Source: Porphyridium purpureum | Taxonomy: Eukaryota | DNA: 64,000 nt | Direction: 5' to 3' | Assembly: GCA_008690995.1 (NCBI GenBank) | Contig: VRMN01000008.1 | Location: 620,001-684,000 of the forward strand | The notes under the pieces: generated by a model | What the model was told of the DNA's origin: nothing | The model's input: the letters and a program-made list of their open reading frames with translations, nothing else | Databases searched by the model: none | Part shown: piece after piece, positions 43,062-54,679 of the stretch | How positions within the stretch are numbered: the first letter of the stretch is position 1 | How the letters are laid out: every line of letters begins with the position of its first letter | Position numbers and translations under genes: made by a program

Positions 43062-44426
43062 ATGGAAATGGATGGTCCTCCGGCATACAGCAAGGTGCTT
43101 GGGCCGATGGCGGACTCTGACAGAAAGGTGGATTTGTGGTACGGGCAGATCGTGTGGGTGTTGTTTGACCAGTATCCGTGGTGGCCTGCGCGCCTGCTCG
43201 ATACCATGTTTTCGGCCACGGGCGAAGATCTGGAGCAGGCGAGGTGGAAGCACCAGGGTAAGTTTTACGTGGTTTTTTACAACGATAATGGCGCCGGCGC
43301 GTGGGTCGCACCCACAGATATGAGGCCCATGTCCATTCAGTCTCTCAAGGATTATGACGTGTCGTCCGTGGAGGAAAGTCTTCGCAAACAGGTCGACGGC
43401 GCAATCAGGGAAGCGCTCGAGTTTTGCAACAAAATGTGCGCAAGCGTTTATGATGCACAGGTGCTCGAGTATGCCAAGTGCACCCAGAAGCACTTTGGAT
43501 ACGAGAGCCACAGCAGGCTCGGCAACACGTACTATTCGAATGTGCACTATGTGGATAATAAGCGGCCTAGGGAAAGCGATATTGTAGCCGCCGTCCCGAT
43601 TTCGCCCAAGCGCGCTTTGCGCCACTTCAAGCGCGAGGCCGCAATGCTTTCGGAGAGCTCCCCCAGGCGCACAGTCGGAAGACCATCCCAAGATATTCCA
43701 GTCTCGACACGAAGGTCCAGGCAGGCCCCCATTTCTTCCGAGCGCCCAGCGAGATCAGCAACCAGCTCTCCGCCCTTGCTGCCCATGTCAGGCAGTCATG
43801 GTGTTGCCAGGGTGGCGATTAATGGACAGCAGATGCCCCCGAGAAAGCGCGGGAGGCCGCCCGGATCTGTTCAGCAAATGGCCCGGGCGGCACAGCAGCA
43901 GGCCACTTTGCAGCCGCACCTGATAAGCAACGCGGCACATCAGCAGCAGCAGACTGTTCTGCACATGCGTGGGAGGGGGCTCAATTTGGCCAGCGAAGTC
44001 CACGAGTACGTGCCAGAAAAAGCAGTCGAAGAGCTCAGCGCCCTGGAAGAGAGGATTCAAGTGCTCGAGAGCATGGTTCAAAAAGTGGGGAGCAGCCCAC
44101 CGGAAGGTGAAACATGGCCGCCAGTTTCTGAGCTTCCATTTAACAGCCTTCTCTTTTTGAATTCATTGGCACGAAACGTACCCAAGGCTGGCGTGCTCGA
44201 GGAGGCCGCGAAAAACGAGCATTTGCCGCTTGACCGAGGGCTAGCCATCGCGATCGAGGAGCTGTGTCAGATCAGCGAGCAGTTTCTCGAGGAGCAGCGT
44301 GCGCGCAGTTCAACCTCCTCGGATATCAAGCGGTTGGTGGACTCGATTGTGGCAGACTCGGCCAAGAACAGCGCGCTGTATCAGAGCATTCTGGCCAGCC
44401 TTGTCCTACAGGCAGCAAGTTGGTAG
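43062..44426 (+). CDS. PWWP-domain chromatin protein with AT-hook
   Basis: GQIVWVLFDQYPWWPARL...YVVFYND...AWV; AT-hook PRKRGRPPG. Confidence 0.9.
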   Translation: MEMDGPPAYSKVLGPMADSDRKVDLWYGQIVWVLFDQYPWWPARLLDTMFSATGEDLEQARWKHQGKFYVVFYNDNGAGAWVAPTDMRPMSIQSLKDYDVSSVEESLRKQVDGAIREALEFCNKMCASVYDAQVLEYAKCTQKHFGYESHSRLGNTYYSNVHYVDNKRPRESDIVAAVPISPKRALRHFKREAAMLSESSPRRTVGRPSQDIPVSTRRSRQAPISSERPARSATSSPPLLPMSGSHGVARVAINGQQMPPRKRGRPPGSVQQMARAAQQQATLQPHLISNAAHQQQQTVLHMRGRGLNLASEVHEYVPEKAVEELSALEERIQVLESMVQKVGSSPPEGETWPPVSELPFNSLLFLNSLARNVPKAGVLEEAAKNEHLPLDRGLAIAIEELCQISEQFLEEQRARSSTSSDIKRLVDSIVADSAKNSALYQSILASLVLQAASW

Positions 44427-45062
44427 CATTTAATGAGATAGATACTCACAAGAAAACATCTTTCCTTCAAAGTGCGGCAGACTTCAATTGCTTTGGTCGA
44501 TGTGTCGGTACCAATTAAGCAGACTGAGGCACTGCTCTGCCTTTACTCTCCATGACAGCCTAGGTCAAGTCGAGCAAATCATCGCTCCTTGCGGTGATTG
44601 TGAAAGGCGGACACTGGGATAAATCTGGCATCCACCTGCATCAATCGAGCGCGCGTTTGCACGGCATGAAAGCTCACCGAGTCGGCTTTCTCAAGGGAAA
44701 ATCGCTCTTGCGTCCCTTGACCACGTTTGATTTTGGGAAACGAAAGCCTGAGCTGCGCTTGCATCAGACTTTTCCTGTCGTGGTTTTCGGGGTCCAAGTG
44801 GCACTTCGAGTCCACGCTGAGAGCGGAGACAAGGCTGATAGGTTGCGCGAATACAACGTGCCCAAGTATTCCGTCACCGCGGGAGCCAAGATTCTACAAA
44901 AAGCTTTGTCCACTAACGAACTATGCCGTGGACACTGCACGGTATTCAAGCGCCTTTGCGAGTGACCCGTACCGAATCTGCATCCGATGCAGCCGAAAAG
45001 AGCCTAAAAGCCGATGTCCAGATCGGCATGGATTCCTGCTTAAGCTTCCGTCGCCAGGTAGA

Positions 45063-45395
45063 TCATTTGAATTTGCTCTTTGAATACAAGATATCGCCCT
45101 TTGTCGCGCCCGCATTTAGCACCCTGGGACAGCCTTCTCTATCCCGTTCCAGAATGCAGCATTCTGCGCAGTAGAACGCTATTGCTCCTGTCTGAGCGTC
45201 GGCGGGCGACGCACACACCACACATCTGTTCTGCGCAGGACCCAAACTGCACGCGTCACACACGCGCGCTTCGGTGTCTCGGTTCACATGACTGTCGCAC
45301 AGCACGCATTTCCCATCGCAGCGTTCGCACACACGTCCTATGCCAACACCCGTCTGCTTCCGACACAGCACCAGCTCTGGCCGATGTTTCGACAT
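45063..45395 (-). CDS. PHF5A: SF3b splicing factor PHF5A/Rds3
   Basis: MSKHRPELVLCRKQTGVGIGRVCERCDGKCVLCDS...ERDREGCPRVLN; 110 aa, typical family length. Confidence 0.97.
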   Translation of the reverse strand: MSKHRPELVLCRKQTGVGIGRVCERCDGKCVLCDSHVNRDTEARVCDACSLGPAQNRCVVCASPADAQTGAIAFYCAECCILERDREGCPRVLNAGATKGDILYSKSKFK

Positions 45396-45883
45396 TGCCT
45401 CCTGCAGCCCGACCGATCACGATCGGACGTTCGCAAGCCCCTGACGAAGCGGTTCCTCAGCAGTACACCGTGTGCGCAAGCGCTTCCGAAGCAGCCACCA
45501 GCGCGGTGTTCACCTCAAAGTCGTTCGAGTTGGCCAAGTCAGCCCGGATGCAGACGACGCGTCGGCGTGCCCGCAGTGTTTTGATTCTGCTGACGCAGCG
45601 CCAGCAAAGTGCAAAGGAGACTTCCCAGTACGCGCAGCACCAGCCCCTTGTGGAACGCTTGTTCGTCGTCTTCCGAAGCGTGCTGTTTCCGTTCTCCAAC
45701 AGGCCATGCTGCTCCAGTCAAGTTAGTCGGTTCAGTTTATGTCGTGCACACGCAGGCAACGTGCGTCTGCTGGCCGTCGCGAATTGCCAAAGTCGTAAAA
45801 CCAGGCTGTGGCCGCTCGACGCGAGCAGAACTGCCCTGGCCCTTGCGAGAGTTCATGCTCAGGTACGTGATCCCGTGTTTGTT

Positions 45884-45885
<2 letters not shown>

Positions 45886-45919
<34 letters not shown>
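45886..45919. repeat. (TG)n microsatellite
   Basis: About 17 TG units. Confidence 0.9.
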
Positions 45920-45920
<1 letters not shown>

Positions 45921-47586
45921 CGCCGAGACCGGGATACCACGAGCCAAGATGACAGGGTACGAAATGCAGTCTTGCGACTCCTTCGGCCGCGACGACGGGA
46001 GCTGCGGCGATCTTTGACCTTGAAAGAGTCTATTTTGGCGTGGAGTAGTATGTATCTCACTTGCTGAGGACGCCAATCTCCGCGCGCACGGACGGTAAAA
46101 TATTTGTTTCTGGGGATGGCGAAGGGTGTGAGAAACGCGAACACACAGCCCTGGAGAGGACAAACGAATAATAATACTCGCACGGCCTTGGTCAGCCCAA
46201 CGTCGTGCTCGCGCCGGCGCGGAAGCGATCTGCCTGTTCCACATCGTGTGGCCTCTCGTCCAAGTGCTGAACTCTCGCCTGTCTGTTGCTCTTTCGCAGC
46301 CACCGCGGCAGCAGCAGCCACATGCGCACGAGGCCGAGAACCACAGGCCACATTCCAGCCAATCTACGTGTTGTGGTATCGGACCGAGGCGGTGACAACT
46401 TTAAAGTGTTCGACCCGGACCAGAACGGCGTGTTGTCTGTCCATGACAGTGAAATGCTGCGCATTATGCGGCTGTGCGAGGAGATAGACGAGCTTGTCTC
46501 CAAAAATGATACAGCCGAAACGACGCGCGTCAGTGCAGTGCGCTGTACCGTGCCGCAAAGAGTGCGCGTGCGCGCCTGCACCACCGACTTGCCAAGGTGC
46601 GCAGACACCTAGCGGCATTCCTCGTGCGCAACTAGGACACCATTATTCCATTAACAGGCGCAGAACCCTCCAGTTCGACCTGGACGGCGCCAATTCTGCT
46701 CAACACGTGTCTGTGCGGCGTACGGAGCAGCCACAACCTTGGACGTCACTGTCACGCCGACCCTCTACCTCAACACGTTCAACGCGCCAGGCATTTCTGG
46801 CGTCCGGCGGTACGGTCTATTTGCTAACGTGCTACAGCTCGACGGCGACGGAAGAAGAGACGACGCCGCCATCTTCTGCATCGACATCTGCACAGCGTAA
46901 GACGAGACGAGGCGACCAACACACTCACACTCGATGCCCATGAGGCTTAGGCCAGCTTAGGGTTCCACACGAACTTTTTCCCAATTTTGGCGCGCGTGCT
47001 GCGCGTCTGTTGCGTGCGAGGTGGTGTGGGAGAGCGCAAGCGACGTGCCGCCCACGCAAGGGGAACAGTGAGGGAAGTGTGTATTTGCGCCGTACGCCGT
47101 GGCATCGTGTCCGCGGCAGAACGCTGTGTCAGGGGGAACTATTCCCCTGCTCGCTTTCCCGCATCCAGTGCACGCGGCGACGATCGGTCGGCGGGGTGGA
47201 GTAACCGGTTCAGGGTTTCCCAATTTCGCACTTCTTTTTTGGTTTTTCTTCTCGAATTCTTTTTTCCTTCTTGTTTCATCTGGGCGAGCGCGCGCTTTGC
47301 GTCGGAGACACAGCCGTTAGGTATTTTTGGATGACGATTTCCATTGCGAGACGAATTGAGATCGAATTACTGGAGCACGCGCGTGTACGGCCTTGGATCT
47401 GGGACACGCCGGGCTCTCCCGGAGACTCGCGGCTGCACCAATTGGCTTCAGCGCAGACGCCGGCTGCTTTGCTGCCGGGCAACTGCGGCAGGACGGAAAC
47501 GGCGCCGGGTTCTGCTCGTCGTGGTTTTTTGTGGCGCCGTTGTTGAGTGCCGTGAGCTGCGCGTCGCACGCCGTTGCCGCTTTGCA

Positions 47587-48843
47587 ATGACGGCGGCAAA
47601 GCACGTGGAATTGATCAAGAGACTGAGCGCGGCCGGCGTCGCGCTGGAAATATGCGATAAATATGTTGCTCTGCTGAAGCAGTTCTTGTCTGCCGGCATG
47701 AGCAAGACGGACTTTGAATCGGCACTGCGCAGGCTGCTGCCCAAGGACAAGATTCGCGTCCACAACCAGATCGTCAAATGGATTCTCAGCTCGGCGCTCT
47801 CGCGAAAGAGCGGCAGCGTCCAGCTACCGGTGCTGGTTCCCGCCAAGGACAAGAAGCCAACAGCGACCAAAAAGGAGATCGGCACAGTTGTGGTCACCCC
47901 GGCTGGCCGCCCGGCGCCTGTGGGAGGCAAGAAGGGCACTTTGGGCAAGCGGAAAGCAGGAGCGGGCGATCTTGTTCCGCCCGCACCACTGGGCGCAATC
48001 AGTCCCGCGCTCAGTGCAACAGATAGAAAATCCGCCAAGGGCAAAAGGGCAGGGGCGCTCGCATTGGCCGCCACAGCCGTCAAGGACAACACGACGCAAA
48101 AATTCTTGTCCCAGTCGCTGGCAGCAAGTCGCAAAAAGAATGCCGCCGCCAACGAGAAAACGCAGGCGGCAATGCTTCTCGCGGACCCGTCCGCTCAAGG
48201 GAAAGGAAAGGACCCAGGACAGAAGACAAAGTCGGGCAAGCCGCCAGCGAAGCGAGCACGCGTTGGACAAAAGTCGAAGGGCGATGCGGACGGTGTTGGT
48301 GGTGCTGGTGGTGTTGCCGGAGCACAGCGAGCTGCTGCCTCGGCTGCAGCCGCAGTTGCTGCTGCAAATGCGCAGGCGCTGCATGGTGCGAAGGGAAGAC
48401 AGGTGCCGGTTCCCTTACAAAGGCCGGGCGTCAAACTACCCGCTCGTGCGCCAGATCTGATTTCATATCCGAACATGGTGTTTGTCCCGGGAACGCCGGG
48501 CGCTGGGCTCGATCTGGAGCTGCTCATGAGATTACGGCATCGCGTGCAGAGAATCGCGTCCATGGAATTTGGGATTCAAACCGCCAGCGACGACAGTATT
48601 GCGCTGTTGACCCATGCGCTCGAGTCTCACCTGAAGAGTTTACTGGAAGCCAGCGTGCAGAAGAGGAGGCAGCGATGCGGCGACGCGCCGTCAGGGATGT
48701 CAAACCAGCTGGACGCGCTAGGATCGTATAAGCGAGTTACCCCTCTTGATGTATTCATGTGCGCAAGGGAGAATACAGATCTTTTAGGGAACGACCACGC
48801 GGTCTACATGGAAAGGCTTCTTTTGATGATGCATCACTGCTAG
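47587..48843 (+). CDS. SAGA complex subunit Ada1/Tada1-like
   Basis: N-terminal KYVALLKQFL..MSKTDFE...IRVHNQIVKWIL; C-terminal histone-fold-like SIALLTHALESHLKSLL...VTPLD. Confidence 0.85.
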   Translation: MTAAKHVELIKRLSAAGVALEICDKYVALLKQFLSAGMSKTDFESALRRLLPKDKIRVHNQIVKWILSSALSRKSGSVQLPVLVPAKDKKPTATKKEIGTVVVTPAGRPAPVGGKKGTLGKRKAGAGDLVPPAPLGAISPALSATDRKSAKGKRAGALALAATAVKDNTTQKFLSQSLAASRKKNAAANEKTQAAMLLADPSAQGKGKDPGQKTKSGKPPAKRARVGQKSKGDADGVGGAGGVAGAQRAAASAAAAVAAANAQALHGAKGRQVPVPLQRPGVKLPARAPDLISYPNMVFVPGTPGAGLDLELLMRLRHRVQRIASMEFGIQTASDDSIALLTHALESHLKSLLEASVQKRRQRCGDAPSGMSNQLDALGSYKRVTPLDVFMCARENTDLLGNDHAVYMERLLLMMHHC

Positions 48844-49255
48844 ACGGCACAAGGCTGATTCATGTTATTTCCGCATGCACTGTTGAACCGTGGTCGTGCA
48901 CGTATTTATGCGACGCTAGGAAGCATAGGACGGCCACACAAGAGATTGTCGATCTGATGAGCGATTTCCTCCGTAGTGGGCGCCGCGAAGGCGTGCAGGC
49001 AAGCAATGTCGCGCCAAAATGCATATGAGCGTAAGAATATTTATCAAAGATGATAGCTAAACTGATGATGCGGTCACTAGTGAGTTGGTCCGGATGTGAT
49101 CGTGTATTTGTGTGTATGTGTTCTTCCATAGCGCGTGCGGATTCAAGCGAGCGATCGCATCTATGCTACAGTTCGGTCGTGCGCTCCAAGCATCTGTAAT
49201 CTTCGCTGTTCCTTCGCAGGCCTCAAACACGCACCTGTACTTTAGCGACCCGAAA

Positions 49256-50371
49256 CTACTGCTTGTCACGAACTTCAAGATGCTGCCCGCTTTCAACAAG
49301 CTGCCTGAGCCCAGCCTGAACTTCTTTACGACGCATCGCTTTGCCGAGCGCCCGGATAACCTGCACTCGGGAATAATGTACGGGATATTTCTGACTCAAT
49401 CGAGTAGACTCCGAGAGCTCTGTGCGAACAAACACAGGCGCGCACTCAAATTCACGTATGGCACCAACGGGGGATCCGAGCTTGGGCTGATCTGCCGGGC
49501 GCTCGTCTACCGGTGCTGCCTGCTCAACGACATCACTCGCCAAGCCAGGCTCGCGTAGAGCAGAATCGGCAGGCGTCGGATTACCCAGTGTAACTTGTGA
49601 TACGACGGTCTGCTCAAGCGTGCTGGTTTGGCTCAGTATTGGAGCGGCACGCTCCACACGCTCTGGTGTTTGCACTGGAGCTGGAGCTGCAGGACAAGCT
49701 AAAGCTGGCGCATGCGCTGGATCTGGAGCACACACTGGAGCTGGAGCACACACTGGAGCTGGAGCACACGCTGGCGCACAGGGTGGAGCTGGAGGCTTTG
49801 CCGACCCGACGCCAGCCCGACTACCAGTCTTACTTTCTTCGTGGCTGCATGGGTGGACAAGCTCTTGGGCAGACATGGTGGCTGTGCTGGAAGCAAGAAT
49901 GGCATTCGCGTAAGCATAAAGCACTGTGCCGGCCACAGGTGCTTCGAGCACCTGAGCGACGAACTGGGCGACCATGCTCACTTGGGGCACGTCGAGGAAA
50001 AACATCGCAACAACTGACTGATCGATCGATCCAATCCACAGCCTTTGGCCCGAAACACGAGCACAGAAATAGTGTCTCTCTGCATTAAAGGGCCCAAAGA
50101 CTGTGATCACGCCCTTCCTGTCGGGCAACTCGGGGCGTAATGCATCCCCGCCCGCCACTACCACTGCTACAGTCAGACATTTCGCGCGCTTCTGTGAATT
50201 ATGTGTCACTTGCAGCCGGAGTGATGCATAGTTGGACGGCAAAAAGTGAGAATGCTCCCACCCATCTGCCCTGGTACCATTGCTGCTGACGTGAAGTTTG
50301 CCCATTCCTTTTGACATGCATAACCGCACCGGCCATACCCGGACCTCATTCTTTGGCTGCGAAACACTCAT
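49256..50371 (-). CDS. Hypothetical protein with globular N-terminus and Pro/Ala/Cys repeat linker
   Basis: ATG-initiated 371-aa ORF; APVCAP repeats at about 49690-49790. Confidence 0.6.
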   Translation of the reverse strand: MSVSQPKNEVRVWPVRLCMSKGMGKLHVSSNGTRADGWEHSHFLPSNYASLRLQVTHNSQKRAKCLTVAVVVAGGDALRPELPDRKGVITVFGPFNAERHYFCARVSGQRLWIGSIDQSVVAMFFLDVPQVSMVAQFVAQVLEAPVAGTVLYAYANAILASSTATMSAQELVHPCSHEESKTGSRAGVGSAKPPAPPCAPACAPAPVCAPAPVCAPDPAHAPALACPAAPAPVQTPERVERAAPILSQTSTLEQTVVSQVTLGNPTPADSALREPGLASDVVEQAAPVDERPADQPKLGSPVGAIREFECAPVFVRTELSESTRLSQKYPVHYSRVQVIRALGKAMRRKEVQAGLRQLVESGQHLEVRDKQ

Positions 50372-50574
50372 CCCTTGCCGCTGCTCTCAGCCCAAAAAAC
50401 TGCTAGCACCTGTCCCCTAGAAATGCTCCTTCTCGCCACGCCAAGAAACCCGCCTTCTCACACTCTCTCCTCCCTCTTCGCCTCTCTTTCTTTTCTCAAC
50501 GTGCCCGTCGCACCAGCACATCGTGAAATCGGATCTCACGCGCAGACCGACAACGCTGCGGTGAGAGCGGGATC

Positions 50575-51129
50575 TCACTTGGATTCAGAGTTAGAGTCTC
50601 TTGTGTCTTGGTCAGTGGACGCTTTCATCATGTTGTCCCACTTGCGATCCCACTCCATGCTCAAGTTTTTCACAATGTCCTCGACCGAGTTTTTCCGAAA
50701 GTTGAACGTGTGCGGGTACTCCAACTCCGGAGGGTGCTTGAACTCCCTCAGTACACGAAGCGCTTCTTCCTCTTTGGCGACCCGTCGGCGTTCCGTGAGG
50801 ATCTTTCGCTGCCTGATGTACACAAGCACGCCGAGCGCAATGGTCATGAGCAACGCGACGACAAACGCGCCAAGTTCGCGCGTGCTGGACACCAGATACG
50901 GCGGCAACAGCGGCAGCAAGAAGCGCGACGGCGCCACTTTGACTGTCGGTGACGCGGCGTGCGCACCCATAACCAGCATCTGCCTGTTACAGGTACGACA
51001 ACAGCTCGCCGCCGTCCCAGCCAAATCAAAGCGGTCATGTCTTCTCCAGACGCACACTCTGCGCCGCACTGCCTGCCCCACAGACACGCGCACGGGTCCA
51101 GAAGATATCCCCACAAACGCAGCCACCAT
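50575..51129 (-). CDS. Hypothetical single-TM protein, probably plastid-targeted
   Basis: MVAAFVG.. Arg-rich transit-like start; TM LGAFVVALLMTIALGVLVYI; charged C-terminus. Confidence 0.7.
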   Translation of the reverse strand: MVAAFVGISSGPVRVSVGQAVRRRVCVWRRHDRFDLAGTAASCCRTCNRQMLVMGAHAASPTVKVAPSRFLLPLLPPYLVSSTRELGAFVVALLMTIALGVLVYIRQRKILTERRRVAKEEEALRVLREFKHPPELEYPHTFNFRKNSVEDIVKNLSMEWDRKWDNMMKASTDQDTRDSNSESK

Positions 51130-51444
51130 CTTGCCAGCCAGAGACGTAACGTGATCACGTGCAACTAACGGAACAAACACTTCCGTTCAACACCCGCGAA
51201 CCGAAATAGGACCCAATTCCGACGCCTAGAGCTTGTGATGTGGCGTGCCACGCACGATTGCCACCGACGCAAACCGCGTGTGGCGCTGGATTGGCCTGCG
51301 ACTTGGTCCCTGCCTCGTTATCGCACCTTCTCTCTGACGAACGGTCGAGCTGCATGCAGCCGCGCAAGAGAACGGAATTCTCTAATAGAAAAAGGTGATT
51401 TTGCTAGGAAAAGGCACACCAGAAGCACGAGCTCGAGCGTTCAT

Positions 51445-53253
51445 TCAATGTGAGCCGTGCGGTGGTGGAGCGCTTTGCGTGAGCGCGCGGACCGACACTT
51501 TCCAGCTGAGGTCGCGATGATCGGAGGACCTGCTGGCGGCCGCGGCTGGAAGGCTGACGAGCACGGCCCACGCCGGGTCTGGCGACAGCGCGCATGAAAA
51601 TGCGTGCACCGAAGCGTCGCCACGCACGCTCTGGAAGCACGTGCGCGCGAGTGTGGTGCCGCTTGGAAGGCTTTTCGTGTACACAGCGTACACGGAATGC
51701 TCAATTTTCGAGGAGCGCTCCGTGAGGTTGATCTGACGCAGGAAAAGCAGCGCGGCACTCTCGCTTTCAGTGCTACCGTGTGGTGCGTCCCGCTTGGCGC
51801 GGACAAAGCGGCACCCCAGGCGGTTGATGGCAGGGTAGCTCTGTGAGCTCACGAGCTCGGCAATTCGATACACGCGCTCCCCCTGTGCAAGCTTCCACAC
51901 CTCGCAGGCTAGTTCGATGTCGCGAGGGTCTGAACTGGGCTGCCAGTCGCGCTTGCTCTCCACATACACCGCCACATGCGACAGGTCCGGGCTGAATGCC
52001 GCGCAGCGAGAGGATCCGCGCCGCAGATAGCGCGGATGGCTCCAGCTCTCGACGCGCTGCTCTGAGGACGCCACTTCTTCTGCAACGACAGGCAGGTTCA
52101 CGACAACGTCGCGCGGCCCACGCGATGCATCCTCCACTGAACAAAATAGCGCGCTCATACGCGAAAGGTCATCAGCGAACGCCACGCCGTGCAGCTCTAG
52201 CCGTTCTCGCGTGTTGGCGTCGATCATCACGTTTCGCGGAAGCAGCGCTTTGGCGTTCACCAGCCGTAAAATGGAACGGTCTCGCAGCGAGTACACCACC
52301 AGTGTGCCATCGCTCATACCCGCAAGTAACCGCGTGCCATCCAGCGCTGGCGCGATTGCAACGCACGTCCAAGACGACGTTGAACCGCTAGGATCGATAG
52401 TGGGAGGCGCCAGCTCCCATAGTGTTTCATCCGACTGATGCATGCACATGGGCGCCTGTGCTCTACGTGCGGGAAGCAGCCGGGTGCAGTCTGCGCACAG
52501 ATCGACCGAAAAGCTTGTGACACATACCAGATCGTGTTTAGCGCTCGCGTTTTTGCTTCTGCTCAGCAGCGCACCAAACACGACGAATGAGCGGCTGTGA
52601 CGGCCGGGCAAGAGTTCAATGCCGTTCACATCACCTAGTACGCGCATGGCAAAGATTTGACGCGAGCGTGTTGTCCATAGGAGCAGCTCGGTTTCGTAGA
52701 GCGAACTGTAACTGTTTCGGCGCTTGGTGATCAGAGCGACGTGTCTTCCGTCGGCCGACACGCGCGCGTGAGTGACATGGCCAAAGCTCTTTGGAAAAAG
52801 GTTCATGGACACTTCTGCACCACTTCGCGCGGCGAGCGCATCCCACGCGTCATCCGTGGTGGAGTTCTTGTAGGCGCCAAACGTCCACGCTGCCTCGAAC
52901 ATCGTACTGGAAACCAATGCAAAGTTGAGCCTATCACGCGGCCGTTCGAGAAACGACGCCACGCGCTCAAGCACGTCGCTCGGCAGCCTGTCCAGCTTGA
53001 TGACGCGATTCTCGTACGGCCACAGGTCGCGGGGTGGCAGCGGCGCGTTCGACGTCGACGGACGCGCTCCGCCGGGCGTTTTCGGGCTGCTGCTCCAGCT
53101 CTTCGTGGCGCGTGGACTGCCTGTACGACTGTGCGCCTTTGCGCCGCGCAACGCCCACAGCGGTAGCTGCAGCCCATTCGCGCTGAACCCAGACCCAGAC
53201 CCAGACCCAGATCCAGACGCCCCATTAGACTGGGCCCACTTCTTCCTCATCAC
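51445..53253 (-). CDS. F-box protein with WD40-like beta-propeller
   Basis: F-box LDRLPSDVLERVASFL..RDRLNFALVS; WD-like LLAGMSDGTLVVYSL, AFSPDLSHVAV, ALSPD. Confidence 0.85.
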   Translation of the reverse strand: MMRKKWAQSNGASGSGSGSGSGFSANGLQLPLWALRGAKAHSRTGSPRATKSWSSSPKTPGGARPSTSNAPLPPRDLWPYENRVIKLDRLPSDVLERVASFLERPRDRLNFALVSSTMFEAAWTFGAYKNSTTDDAWDALAARSGAEVSMNLFPKSFGHVTHARVSADGRHVALITKRRNSYSSLYETELLLWTTRSRQIFAMRVLGDVNGIELLPGRHSRSFVVFGALLSRSKNASAKHDLVCVTSFSVDLCADCTRLLPARRAQAPMCMHQSDETLWELAPPTIDPSGSTSSWTCVAIAPALDGTRLLAGMSDGTLVVYSLRDRSILRLVNAKALLPRNVMIDANTRERLELHGVAFADDLSRMSALFCSVEDASRGPRDVVVNLPVVAEEVASSEQRVESWSHPRYLRRGSSRCAAFSPDLSHVAVYVESKRDWQPSSDPRDIELACEVWKLAQGERVYRIAELVSSQSYPAINRLGCRFVRAKRDAPHGSTESESAALLFLRQINLTERSSKIEHSVYAVYTKSLPSGTTLARTCFQSVRGDASVHAFSCALSPDPAWAVLVSLPAAAASRSSDHRDLSWKVSVRALTQSAPPPHGSH

Positions 53254-53541
53254 GGCTGCGTCAGAGTACCAGTGGTGTCACACGACGCTCAGCCCGCTGG
53301 TGGTGGTCCATACAGCAGCGCTGATACCTCCATGCGGCGCGTTCACCCGCAATCCCATCGACCACGCTGCGCTCACGCAGCCGATCGCGTGCTGAGGTTG
53401 CTCATCAGCCGCAGCGCTGTCGGTTCATGCCCCTATACTGTACACCCACACTGAACCTATGTTCTTTTTACTGTACCTCATCGGTGCAAGTGGCAGCGTG
53501 CGTGTTTCTCGCGGATAAGGCGGCGCGGTGGCACATGCGCG

Positions 53542-54444
53542 TCAGTTGACAAAGCCGTTTTGCCGGGGCTGTTTGGTGATGCTGCTGTGATGCGGCGACG
53601 CGTACAGTGCGCTTCGCTCTCGAGACGACGCCACGCTGTCCACTCGCTCGAGCCGCGCGCTCGCCGCCTCGGCGTCCAGTTTCGCTTTCATGTCCAGCAG
53701 AACTTCCTTGATGCGCAGCTCGGACTGCAGCTTGCGCTCCGCATCCTGCAAGTGATGCGTTAAGCTGTTGTTCTCCTGCCTGAGTGCAACGTTCTCCCGT
53801 TCGAGCGCAGCGTTGCGCCGCTGCTGCGCGTCCAGTTGCGCGCGCAGCGCCGCTTCGCCCGCGGGCGACGCAATGTCTGTGCGTTCATTCCCACTCGTGC
53901 TCCGGCGCGACGCATGCAGCGCCGGTGATTTGTATTCTTCAAGCTCCTTCTCCAGCCGCGCGTTTTCGACCGCGAGTCGCTGCAGTCGTTCCATGGTGCC
54001 TTGCACAAACAGCTTCCGAGCCCATTGCGCCGCAAGGCACGAGATGGAGTGCGTTGATCCCGACGACAACGACGACGACCCGCTGTCCTGACTGTGACTT
54101 GTTCTTGCTGCAGCCGTGGCGTCATATGTACATTCTAGCGCGCTCCCGCGCTGTTCGTCGCGCTGCTGCAGCAACAGTGTTTCAATAGCACTGAGATCCA
54201 TACCCTGTAATCTACGGAGCTCATTTCGGAGCCGCAGGCGCTCATCCAGCCGCTCGTCCATATGCGGATTCACCATCACGTGCGCGCCATTGGGACGCCT
54301 TGCGCCGTCCGCGTCATTTGCGGCTTGACTCGCCGTTTCGCCCTCGGCGTTCGCACGGGGAGCCACAAAGCCTGCGAGCCCGCCGTCTGCTGGCCGTGAC
54401 GGCGCCCGCGACTGCCGCCTCCACATCGTTCTGCGCTGCTCCAC
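53542..54444 (-). CDS. Hypothetical coiled-coil protein
   Basis: 300-aa ATG ORF with heptad stretches (LAVENARLEKELEEY, LERENVALRQENNSL). Confidence 0.7.
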   Translation of the reverse strand: MEQRRTMWRRQSRAPSRPADGGLAGFVAPRANAEGETASQAANDADGARRPNGAHVMVNPHMDERLDERLRLRNELRRLQGMDLSAIETLLLQQRDEQRGSALECTYDATAAARTSHSQDSGSSSLSSGSTHSISCLAAQWARKLFVQGTMERLQRLAVENARLEKELEEYKSPALHASRRSTSGNERTDIASPAGEAALRAQLDAQQRRNAALERENVALRQENNSLTHHLQDAERKLQSELRIKEVLLDMKAKLDAEAASARLERVDSVASSRERSALYASPHHSSITKQPRQNGFVN

Positions 54445-54679
54445 CTCTCACCACCTCCAGCACACCGCTCCTCACGCCTGTGGCACAGGGCCCAGTCGCG
54501 TTTCTCCCTCAAAATGTCGAGACAGCGCGCGCAAGTTTATATCAAAACAGCGCAGTTTACTAGGATGTTTTGTCCGGAGGTACAGTTGCTGAGGAACAGT
54601 TGTAAGGTGCGTGCGCTCGAGGTGGGAAAAAGTTGGAGAGAGAGAAGGGGGAGAAGAGGTTGATGTGAGTGTGAGTGCG

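Noticed and set aside
45080..45952. 290-aa + strand ORF overlapping PHF5A
   Set aside because: Antisense to a highly conserved gene, runs through a (TG)n tract, and has no recognisable domain.
50375..51154. Long antisense/shadow ORFs (also 19249-20103, 42897-43691, 54560-55366, 56952-57800)
   Set aside because: Each overlaps a better-supported gene on the opposite strand, as expected in GC-rich coding DNA.
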